DNA of 48,913 bases, the filler included, from Jimgerdemannia flammicorona (Eukaryota), in NCBI GenBank assembly GCA_003990765.1. It is 2 parts of 2 records of this genome, joined end to end, with 100 filler letters (N's around TTAATTAATTAA, not from the genome) between each part and the next. Parts side by side here need not be neighbours in the genome. Positions count along the whole stretch, not along the records: positions 24,512 to 48,913 come from RBNJ01000979.1; 1 more part is not named here. The stretch is one strand, 5' to 3'. Both the position numbers and the translations under genes were made by a program. The notes beneath the pieces were generated by a model. That model ran no database searches. It saw only the letters and a list, made by a program, of their open reading frames with translations, and was not told the DNA's origin. Every line of letters starts with the position of its first letter. The first letter of the stretch is position 1. Of this stretch, positions 24,512 to 36,000 are shown one piece after another.

Positions 24512-26916
24512 CAGAACTACTGACCATGAGAATCTCGGAGACCTCCTCAAGAAGGCAGAACAGTTACAAAATCAAGCCCAAGGACAGATTATCAAAGCCC
24601 AGGAAAGACAAAAGAAGTACTATAACCAAAAACAGAAGGATCAGAAGATCAAGATTGGAGATCAAGTCCTAGTTTGGAGAAGCATGATTGAGACAAACTT
24701 TGCCACCAAACTGGAACTGAAATAGGAAGGATCTTATCTTGTATATAACATCAGAGGAACCAGTATCTATTTAAGAAATATGGATGGACGAACTCTGAGA
24801 ACAGCAGTACACATCAATTGCCTTAAGATATACTTCTTCTCACACCATGAATCAGAGAATTGACAACTGCCTCCAAACTCTTGTTCTCAGTTCCCTCCAA
24901 GCCCTACCAGTTCCCCTGCCTCAGTTCCGGGAACCCAATGGAACCTATCTTCAGAGAATCTGAGTTTATCAAGAGAACCTCACTTTGGCTGAGAGGCTAC
25001 TCCAGGTCCACTAGCTGCAGGTATATTATGCAATTGGAGAACAATTGCAGAATCTTCCTCTCCCAGACCTAGCCTATGTCCGAAACACCACTGGCCTGAA
25101 CAGAAGGAACACTACTGCTGTAGACAGACTATATACAATATATAAACAAAATCCTTCTGCCTTAATCCAGGCCCAGTTTTTCCTGAATGACCTCCAAAGG
25201 ATGACACTGCCTACCTACCTCAGCATTATTTACCAAGTGGTGACCCTATTTCCTGAGGAAGAAGAAGAGCCCCTAGAATGGAGTGACTATAGCTCAGATG
25301 ATGATGATGGAATAGGTATAGATGCAGAAGCTGCTTATACCTATTGGGATGATGACTGAAGAATAGTCTGGGACAGACTACCCTTCAGTGAGGGCTAATG
25401 TAACAGACCAAAACATACCACCTGAATTAAAACTTAGCCAGATGACATGAACAATTAGCATACTTACTCAGCATGATGTGACTTCCAGTGTATCATAGTT
25501 ACTCATGCCTGCCACACTTATAATTAGCCAAGACACCAGATCAGGATTGTTTACCTGTATCCTGAGGACACACTCATATCCTGTGGACACACTCATGTCC
25601 TGTGGACACACTCATGTCCTGTGGACACACTCATGTCCTGTGGACACACCTGTACCCAGAGGACACACCCAAACATTACTGAAGATAGCAAATCTATAGT
25701 TAGCCACATAGTAACCAGATATCAACCAACTTGTATAAATTACCCCAGAGATGAGAGTGAATAAAACCTCAGTCCAAAAAGTCTGAAATTGAAGCAACAG
25801 ACAAGTCTGCCTACTACAATTCGAGAGGAACTCTACAGCTACTGTTAGGAGATTGTGAGCTTATTTCCCCTTTCCACTCCAGTCTACTTTCCGATACAAG
25901 CTGATTTTGCCGCCTAAGTTCAAGGAGAACTTTGCCACCTTTTGAAGAGTAATCTGCCACTTAAGGAATAAGCCGCTACATTTTTTGGTTCACTTGCCAG
26001 ATAAGCCTGAAGAATCCCAGTTTGCCACCAAGTTCAAGGAAGAACTTTGCTGCCATTTTCCAGTTATCCACCATATCCCCAGAAGAGCCCACCTTTCTTG
26101 CCACAAGCCAGTTTCTGACGCAACTTCACAGTGATCCATTTGCGCAAATAAAGCCAGTCTTTGATGCAACTTTGCCAAGAGACTCTTTCCAAGCCACCAA
26201 CCCATTTTCCAGTTAGAGCCCACTGATTCAGGAAGAACCTACATTATCCACTATTTTTGAGTTATTTACCATATTCCCAGTTGAAGCCAAATCTGTGCCA
26301 TCCAAGTTAATTCTCAGTTAAGCCACCACTTTCAAGAAGCCCGCCAAATCTGCATCATCCACCACTTTCAAGTTATCCACATCCCCAGAAGAGCCACCTG
26401 AGTTGTTCATTATTCCCAGTGAGCCCAGTACTGAAGAAACCATGCTATACATATATTCCCAGTGAGCCAAATTGAATTATTTGTCAGATTATCAAAATGT
26501 CCTGCATAAGGAAACCACTGCACTATATAGAGATCGTCGCACTACACAAGATTGTCACACAGAAATCGCATAAGGAGAACTGCTAAATTACCAGGCCATC
26601 ATGCATAAGGAGATCATCATGCTACACAGAAATCACCTGTTACTCAAGAAGGAAGCCACTCACGCTATACACAAATTGTGCCATTCCCAGTAGACCCAAG
26701 AAGGAAAAGATATACAAACTGCCACTATACCCAGAGAACTGTCCCAATAAGGAAATCACTCATAGATATCCAGCTTTGACTATTATACTGCTAAACACCA
26801 AGGATCTCAGGAATCTTAGAACATTTTGTTGCTTTTTAACAAAGTAACTGGGGCTCAAGCCAAACTATATCAACCCCCAACCTTGTAATTTGCCTCCATT
26901 GAGCTGGCATGTTACA
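24512..26916 (+). mobile_element. 3' part of another Gypsy copy: integrase C-terminus, ORF3, hairpin/PPT, 3' LTR (25399-26916)
   Basis: IIKAQERQKKYYNQ...KIGDQVLVWRS; LTR TGTAACA...TGTTACA homologous to the other LTRs. Confidence 0.92.
24847..25359 (+). pseudogene. ORF3, 170-codon hypothetical protein (best-preserved copy; two internal stops, no frameshift)
   Basis: MNQRIDNCLQTLVLSSLQALPVPLPQF...DRLYTIYKQNPSALIQAQFFLNDLQRM...LFPEEEEEPLEWSD...GIDAEAAYTYWDDD*. The ATG lies just inside the pol end. Confidence 0.8.
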
Positions 26917-27039
26917 ATATTAAAATATAATAGACTTCTTAATATTATATGTATTAAAGACTATTTCATTTGTATAAACAGATTTATTATGAAGATACAT
27001 CTTATACTAGATTAGCTTTAAGTAGTAGACTTCTTCTTT

Positions 27040-27519
27040 ATATATATTAGAAAGTAGACTAGAGTAGAAAATAGCTTATAACTTCTTAATAGTAGCTCAT
27101 TAGTAGGGTTTTCCATCTAAGTATACCAGATAGTTGATTTTTTACTTTGATTTTAGACTGAGGTTTATTTACTTAAATCTTTGAGATATTTTATATAATT
27201 GTAGTTACTATCTAGTTACTTTTTTTTTTACTTTTACTATCTAGTTACTATATAGCTAATTATAGATTACTAATTCTAAAAATGTTTAGCTGTTTTTATT
27301 GAGAATTTAAGTCTCAAATTCTAATATAGTATAAATTCTAATATAGCATACTAGCTAAGAATACTTTGTGTCCTTATTTAGCTATCTAAGTTATTTATAC
27401 AAGTTGACACAGTAGGGCAATCCTGATTGTCTAGTATATCTAATATATATAATATATAGCTAAATTATATTAACTAATTTGGATAATAACTTGATATATT
27501 TCTCTGCTGACTTTTTACA
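27040..27519 (-). repeat. Degenerate LTR fragment (U3 side) related to 2800-3261
   Basis: Shares AGACTGAGGTTTATT, TTATTTATACAAGTT..ACAGTAGGGCAATC and the terminal TTACA. Confidence 0.7.
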
Positions 27520-28341
27520 ATATTGTAATAAATAATAGTATTATTATTTAAAAAATACTATAATTATACTTAGAATATATTAAGAACTTTAACTTTAAAA
27601 TACTTAAAGTCTATAACTTACTAAATTACGATTAGTTAATAAAATAATTAAAAATATAATATATAATACTTCAATGTTAAGCTTAAAATAACTAATAAGT
27701 ACTTGTAGATAATTAATATTATCAGTAATTATCAAACCCATTAATATATCTATTAATTTGATAATAATGATCAGTAAAGTTAGTAAGTAAAGTTAAAAGT
27801 TAACAAATAGATAATATTAGCAGTTAGACAAATTTGGTATATAAATTTATCAGATAAAGTTAACAGATAAAGAACAAGAGTTAGCTGCTAGAAATAAAAT
27901 ACATAACTAGAGCTCTTAATTCTCTATTAATTTTTATTTTTAATTTTTTTTATTTTATTTTATTTTTTTGAACAGATAGGTAATAAACACAATATTTTGT
28001 AGAAGCACAAATTGATGAGCAGGGTTCGTAAAGATAATGTTCTAGTTCCTATGCATTGGCGTAGCAAACAATGCTTGGAAATTACGGAATGCTGGTTTGT
28101 TGGTGAATAGGTGGTGTGAGGTAGACCAATTCCTTCGGCCGAATTTATCCGCACTCCGTGGTAAGATCGATAGCGCTAGGACGGCGAAGGAAATCGAGTA
28201 ACAACGATTTTTGTGGGACATGGGATTGTAAGCGGCGATGACAAATCCACAGATTGCATCATTTATTCGTATAAAGGAGCTCGATATCCAATGTGCTCCT
28301 TCGGTTGTTTCATCCCAAATAGCCTTCTTTACTCTCTACAC

Positions 28342-29252
28342 ATGACCGGTAAGCACAAGCTCCGCTCTTTGGAAACCAAAGAAAACACAAAGCCAATTCT
28401 CTCACATCATCCGATCCCATCCGACCCACAGGGACCGACCCCATCAAGCTTTACACGGCACGCGTTTGCCCGTACGCGCAGCGAGCCAACATCGCTCTCA
28501 AGGAGGCCGGCGTGGAATACGAGGCCATCGAAATCGATCTGCAGAACAAACCCGACTGGTACAAAAATATCAACCCCGAGACCAAAGTTCCCTCGATAAA
28601 TATCCGGGGAAAGAACATCGCCGAGTCGCTGGTGATCATCGAGCTCGTGGCGGACCTGTACCCTGGGTCCGGGTACGTGCCTCCTCACCTTGAAAACTCG
28701 AATCCTATCTTTCCGAATTCCCAAAAACTCATCTCTCATCCATCCCACCCCCCGCGCAGCCTTCTCCCCGCCGACCCGATCAAGAGGGCCGAAATCCGGT
28801 TTTTCATCGATTACTATTCCAAGATTTCGTCGCTGAGTTACAAGGTCCTGGGCGCCCTCAACGACAAGCAAGCAGTTAAGGCCATCTACGACGACATTCT
28901 CAAGGGCTTCAAGCGGGTACCTATCCGTACCTTTTTTATTCTCTTTTCTTCTCTTTCATAAGCCTCACCGTGACCTCCCTACTCCCAGATCAACGAGCTC
29001 CTCCTAGAGCAATCTACAACTGGCCCCTACTTCCTTGGCACGCAATTCTCGCTAGCCGACGTGGCGGTGTCGCCGTTCATCGGACGGTTCCAGATCATCC
29101 GTGACACCTACCTACAGGATTTTGAAATCCCGCGCGAGTACGAGCGGTTGCTGACATGGGCGGAAGCGGTGCGCGACCGGCCTAGTTTTAAAGCATCGTG
29201 GCCTGGGGAAGATTTCATACGGAACGGGTTCAAGAGACATTTGAAGAAGTGA
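28342..29252 (+). CDS. Glutathione S-transferase, cysteinyl (omega-like), 222 aa; exons 28342-28348, 28432-28672, 28760-28916, 28989-29252
   Basis: Three GT-AG introns give an open 669-nt frame: KLYTARVCPYAQRANIAL, IDLQNKPDWY, NPETKVP, IAESLVI, LLPADPIKRA, GPYFLGTQFSLADVAVSPF, RPSF. CpG-rich and unmutated. TATA-like TATAAA at ~28270. Confidence 0.93.
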
Positions 29253-31119
29253 AGTGGTCGGTGTGTTGAAGATAGCTCAATGTGTATACATATATACATA
29301 ACCCAAAATGTATGATCGCAGGTCTATAAATCTGATTCTCAACGATTAAAGAACAGGGAAATGTGTTGTATGAAGAAGAGGATACTGTAAAAGTCGGCCA
29401 AACGAACGAAATGCTTACGGATAATTCGAAAAGTTGCGGATAATTCAGCCAAGCTCATTCATTGAACAACTGGATGAAAATGATAATACTAGCAGAGAAC
29501 AGTCTTTAGACACCCTATGTATGTTATACGATACCCACCAACCACAATTCACTACAAATCCCTCTCCTCCCTTGCATGCATCCCTCCATAAAAATCGCGC
29601 CAGACTCACTGTGTGGACTATATCCCCCACAGCCATTGCTTACCAGACACACTTCCCACATCCCTAGGACAATATTTACATGTGTTTACAATATTCTCCA
29701 TTTTCCCATCTCTACCTACCATTCACCATATCACCATCCTCAACTTAGAATTTTAAACCAAATTAGATAAGCTTATAAAGAAGTTATTATTATTACTAGA
29801 GTTTTCTCAAATGAGCTCAAGGATATATGTATATACCATTGAGAACAATCTAATCTATAATTAAGACAAAGTCTATCTACTAAATAATATAGAACTTCAC
29901 TGTAAGATACATATTATAAGAACATTATGACTCTCCATTTACTAGTTACTTATAAATTGATAAATCTATTAAGAATCTCTAATAATACTACTACTAATCT
30001 AATATGATTAAGAAATAAAGAACTGATTAGTTGTGATCTCTATTAGTATAATAAGTATTGAAATTCTTATTATTATATATCTTAATAATGTAGCTTAAAT
30101 ATATAATTCTTTATAACTATATTATTTTTGAGCTATCACTTGATATGTAAAAATGTAAGCAATTAATAAACAATACTACTACTTTTCTCTTCTACTTCAT
30201 ATTTTCAACATATTTATAATAAAGATTATAAGCTCTACTTAGTCGTAAAAAAAATATCTTTCTAAGACTATATGCTACTTTATACTAAAATGTTGCAAAT
30301 GATAAATCAAGGAGCCAGTGTAAGTATACTAAATACAGGAGACACAGATACCTCTGAAATAGATATAATAATAATTACAATGTCTATTGTTAGTATAAAT
30401 ATAGCCAAGAGATGATTCTTAATCTTTAATAATAAGAACTATATAATTTGAGTAGTTTATATATATAATCTTCTAGAAGAATATAACTTAACAGAATATC
30501 TCTTAGATGGTATATAGGAATGTCTTTTTAGCAGTAATTTTTTTATTAAACTCAATTCATCTAATTATAATTTTTTTTTTTAAATAAAATTTTATTCAAA
30601 GGTAAAAAAAAGTATAAAATATCAATAGTTAAAATATTTTTAAAAAGTTATTATAATTTTCAGACTTATGAATTTTCAAAAAGATTTGCAGCCAAATTTA
30701 TTTATATTATCATCTAAGAGATATAAAACTACTGGTACAGATTTAAGATTATAATATTACAAATGATTACTGAGCATTATATAAGATTATATTTATATTA
30801 TCAAATTTATAAATAAAGTATATAATTTACATAACAACTGTTTACAAAGTAAGAAAGACTTTATATAATTATTATATATAAATATTTATATTAAATTAGT
30901 TCTATCTCAAATCTCAGCTATTTAATCTATGAATGAAGTCTAAGAAGAATATTTGTAAATGTGATAATTATATTGACAATCTGGTAAATTAAGTAAATTT
31001 TCTAAGTATGATAGTAGAGTATATAAATAATAAAGACAAGATTCTGGTTTTTATAAGAAGTCTCTCTGAGATATATAATATTATAATAATAGCTATGTAC
31101 AAAAATAGACTATATCTAC

Positions 31120-32469
31120 TATAATGTGCCAGCTCAATGGAGGCAAATTATAAGGTTGGGGGTTGATGTAGTTTGGCTTGAGCCCCCAGTTACTTTGTCA
31201 AAAAGCAATAAAATGTTCTAAGATTTCTGAGGTCCTTGGTGTTTAGTGGTATAATAGTCAAGCTAGATATCTGCAAGTGGTTTCCTTATTGGGATGGTTC
31301 TCTGGGTGTAGTGGCGATTCATGTCTTTCCTTCTTGGGTCAATCTGGGAATAGCACAATTTGTGTATAGTGTGAGTGGTTTCTTTCTTGAGTAGTGGGTG
31401 ATTTCTGTGTAGCATGACAATCTTGTGCGTGATGGTCTGACAATTTAGCAGTTCTTCTTATGCAATTTCTGTGTGATAATCTCTGTTTAGTATAGGCTTC
31501 CTTATGTGGGACATTCTGATAATTTGGTAGATAACTTGATTTGGCTCACTGGGAATAGTATAGTGTGGATTCTTCAAATCAGACTCACTGGGAACAAACT
31601 GATAACTCAGATGTCGCAGGTTTTCTGGAAATACAGATGACTTGAAAATAGTGGATAACACAGATTCTCCTGAATTGGTAGACTTCTTGAAAAAAGGATG
31701 ACTTCAACTGAGAATAACTTGGATGGCATGAGTTCTTCTGGATTGGGCTCTTCTGGGAATATGAACAACTGGCAGCATTCTTTGGGAAAGGGTCTCTTGG
31801 CAAAGTTATATCAAAGACTGGCTTCATTTGCATGGAGTTACATCAATAGACTGGCTATACTGTGAAGTTGTGTCAACAGACTGGCTTGTGGCAAGAATAG
31901 AGCTCTCTGGGAATATGGTGAACAACTTGGAAATAGTAGCAAAGTTCTTCCTTGAACTTGGATAGCAAATCAGCTTTGTATTGGAAAGTGGACTGGAGTG
32001 GAAGAGAAGAGGACCAAGCTCACAACTTCTTGATAGTGGCTCATTGGCAGGCCTATCTCCTAAGTGTTGCAATCCTTCTTGGATCAAGTGGCTTTTGGCA
32101 GGCATTTCTCCTAAGTGTACCAGACAATTGACTTTTGCTTTGGTTTATATTCAACTTTCAGACTGAGGTTTATTCACTCTTGTCTCTGGAGTAATTTATA
32201 CAAGTTGGTTGCTATCTAGTTACTATGTGGCTAACTATAGATTTGCTATCTATGGTATGTTTGGGCAGATGGTCACTGTCTGGTAGACAGCCACTGTCCA
32301 AGGAACAGCTACTGTTCACATTATTCCCTTCTTTGGCTATCTGGTTATTTATATATTTTTCCACAGCAATGATTGCTGGTTACTAAGCTATATATTCACA
32401 TCATCTTGACTAATTGTTCACATAATCTGATTGAGATATAATTCAGATGGTATGTCTTGGTTTGTCACA
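31120..32469 (-). repeat. 3' LTR of Gypsy copy 2
   Basis: Direct repeat of 40025-41373, bordered by the PPT complement TCAGCCCCTAC. Confidence 0.92.
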
Positions 32470-32508
32470 TCAGCCCCTACTGAAGAGTAGTCTGTCTCAG
32501 ACTATTCT

Positions 32509-33015
32509 TCAGTCATCATCCCAATAAGCATAAGCATTCTCTACATCTATGCCTGTTCTATCATCTTCATTGTCTGTACTGAGATTACTCCATTCTAGTT
32601 CTGGATCTTCTTCTTGTCCTTTGGAAAACAGAATGTCTACTTGTTGGAGAATACTCTGAAAAGTAGTCTCATTCATCTGATGAATATCATTGAGGTAGAA
32701 ATGAGATTGTACTAGGGCTCCAATATTTTGTTTGTACAGGGTGTAGATTTGTTTGGCAGTTCTTACTTCTCAGCAGGTTATCCCAGCTAGTCCTTCAATA
32801 TATGACTGTTCTTCAAGTAATTGTCTGATATTGTAGAAGGCTTATAGATGGTGGATCTGTAACAACCTTTGGGCAATAGCAAGGTTCTCTTGATGCTTCT
32901 GGATCAATTGTATTGGGGTTCCTTCAAGTTGGCAGAACTGGGGCAAGGGAACTGGTAGAGCTTAGAAAGAGCTAAGGATGAGAGTCTGAAGGTACTGTTC
33001 AATCCTTTGGCTCAT
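32509..33015 (-). pseudogene. ORF3 of copy 2 (168 codons; three stops explainable by C>T; no frameshift)
   Basis: MSQRIEQYLQTLILSSF*ALPVPLPQF...TAKQIYTLYKQNIGALVQSHFYLND...QQVDILFSK...ELEWS...GIDVENAYAYWDDD*. Confidence 0.8.
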
Positions 33016-36000
33016 GGTATAGAGGAATATATAGTTTGAGGCAATTGATGTGTACCAGTGTTCTCAGGGTTCATCCATCTATGCTTCTTAAATAGATGCT
33101 GGTCCCTCTGATATTGTGTACAAGATAAGGTTCTTCTTATTTTGATTCCAGTTTGGCAGCAAACTTTGTCTCAATCATGCTTCTCCAAACTAGGACTTGA
33201 TCTCTAATCTTGATCTCCTGATCCTTCTGTTTTTGGTTATAGTACTTCTTTTGTCTTTCCTGAGCTTTGATAATCTGTCCTTGGGCTTGATTATATAACT
33301 GTTCTGCCTTTTTGAAGAGGTCTCCAAGATTCTCATGATCAGCAGTTCTGGTTCTCTTAACAAACATCATTTCAAATGGCTTTTGTTTGGTGGAGGCAGC
33401 AGGGGTGTTCCAAATTTCCCATAGGATCTCAGGTAAGCAGAGGTCCCAATTAGTAAGATTGACTCAGGCAAGTCCTTTCTTGATGGTCTGGTTCATTCTT
33501 TCTATCATACCATTGGTCTGGGGGTGGTATGATGTGGTCTTTTTGAGGTGGATCTTGTAAATTTGGGCATAACTTGTGATTATGTTATTGATGAATTCTG
33601 TGCCTCAATCAGAGATGAGTTCTTCTGGAGGTCCATATCTGAGTGTGAGTCCATGGAGAAGGCCTACAATGGTTAAGGCATCTGCGATTTCCATTGGGAA
33701 AGCCTTGGGCCACTTGGTCAGATGTTCTACAAATACAAGAATGTATTTGTTTCTTCCTGGGGTAACTGGTAGAGGCCCAATTACATCTACTCTCCATCTC
33801 TGAAAGATGTGAGTGGGTGGGGGAATTGGTTGCAAGGGGGCTTGATAGTTCTTCTTTTCTTGGTACTTCTAGCAAGTGTCACATTTCTGGATAATGTCTT
33901 GGACTTGAGTTCTGAGGTGGGGCCAGTGTTGATACAGTTTTTGAATCTTGTCTTCTGTACTTGTCTGTCCTTGATAGGCTTTCTGATATTCTTATCAGAT
34001 GAGATCTTCTTATTCCTTGATGGTCTGAGGAGCTTCCTTTAGGGTGTAGTTCCTCAGGACACCCTTCTTCTAGTTCATTGGAGCTGGTGGGAAAGTACAT
34101 CAATATTGTTGTGAGCTTTCCCTGCTTTGTGGATGATAGTGATTTTGTAATCCTGAAGGATAAGGATAAGGATCTAGCGGACTAGGATTCTAGTGGGTTT
34201 CTTACAGTTGAATAACTATTTGAGGGCTGCATGGTCTGTGATCAGGGTGAACCTTTTTCTGATGAGATAATGTTTGAACAGGGTGACCACCCATATGACT
34301 GCAAGGCATTCCAGTTTGGTGCTACCATAGTTCATCTGCTGCTGATTGGTGGCTCTGCTTGCATAAGCTATTACATGGTGCTATTGATTGTATCTTTCTT
34401 AGGCTAGAACTGATCCGAGGCCATCTTTGGAAGTATCTGTATATAAGATGAATGGTTTCTGTAGATTGGGGCACACAAGGATTGGTGCTGTAGTCATGTG
34501 GTTTTTGAGTGCTTTGAAGGCTTTTCCTTATAATTCTGTCCATTTGAATGGCACTTCTTTCTTGAGAAGGATCTGGATTGGGGCAGTGATTTGAGCAAAG
34601 TTCTTGATAAACCTTCTGTAGTAGGATACTAGCATCAGAAATAATAGTATCTCTATTGGGGTTTTGGATACTGACCAATTGTTGATCTTCTCAGTTTTCT
34701 TTGGGTCTGTATAGATTCTTTCTATTGAAACTATGAATCCAAGGAATTCAAGTTTCTGTTTTCCAAAGTAGCATTTCTTTGCATTCAGTCTCAAGTGGTT
34801 CTTGCAGGTGAGTTTGAAGAATTCCTTTAGGTGGTACAGGTGTTCTTCGAAATTTGCTGAGTAGATGTTGGAATCATCCATGTATACAATCAGGCAATGG
34901 TGGATCAAGGGGGCATAGACTGAATTCATCATCCTCTGGAAGGTGGGGGGTGCATTGCAAAGTCCAAAGAGCATTCGGAGGTACTCAAACAGTTTTCCTA
35001 GAGCAAGGAAGGCTGTCTTTTGAATGTCTTTGGGGTCCATGGGGATCTTATGGAATCCTGCGAAGAGGTCCATACTGCTGAAGTATCTGGCATCTTATAA
35101 CTGATCCAAAAGGTCATCGATTCTGGACAGAGGATAGGCATTCTTTTCTGTAACTGAATTGAGTTTCCTGTAATCTATACAAAGTCTCCATCCTCCTTTC
35201 TTTGGTACAATAAGTATAGGGCTAGCCCAAGGGCTGATAGAGGGTCAGATGACTCCATTGTCTAAGAGTTCTTGGATGTGCTCTTTTTTGAATGTCTTCA
35301 AGTGATGGGGTATTCTATAGGATTTCTGCCGGATGGCTGTAGTATTTTCTGTATTTATGCTGGGGTGGTATAATGGATTGTAGGGCAGGTTGCCATAATT
35401 GGTGGTGAAGATATCTTGATATTTGTTGAGAAGTTCTGCTAGTTGTTGTTGTTGTTGAGGTATCAATTCTCCTCCAATGTTGATGGAAGGCTTGACTGTC
35501 TCTTGGGTCGCAGAGGGGCCTTTCCTTTCTTCTGGGACCTTTTGCTGTTTCCCAATAGGTTTAGTTCATAAACTTCCCTATGAGTTCGGTTGAGAAAAGG
35601 CACCATATGTCCTATGATGTCCTATGATGGTTCCTTTTGGCAAGATGATGGTTTCCCAACTTTGGTTGGTTGCTCAGGAGTGTACTGGATTCATCTTGTC
35701 AGGGAATGTATGCCTCTCTATGTCTAGGTGTGGGATATCTTCCTTGGGCTCAAAGAAAAGGTTTCTGGGGTTGGGTGGTACAAAGATTTCAAATGTGGTT
35801 TGTTCTCCAGGTTCCAGGATGAGGTTCTGGTGTAGTCTGACTGGTTGGCAGTACACTTGCTGGGGAATATTCCTCTTAAGGTGGTTGACTTGAAGGAGAT
35901 GTACCTCCTTCCTGTCTGAACTTCCAAATCCCTTAGCTTGTCTTGTTCCTTCAGTTAATTCAGAGACTTCCTGTAGCTGTGGAGTCTTGACCTTCATGAA

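Noticed and set aside
280..29252. P450 plus GST as a detoxification cluster
   Set aside because: They are 27 kb apart, on opposite sides of the artificial spacer, and the P450 is a pseudogene.
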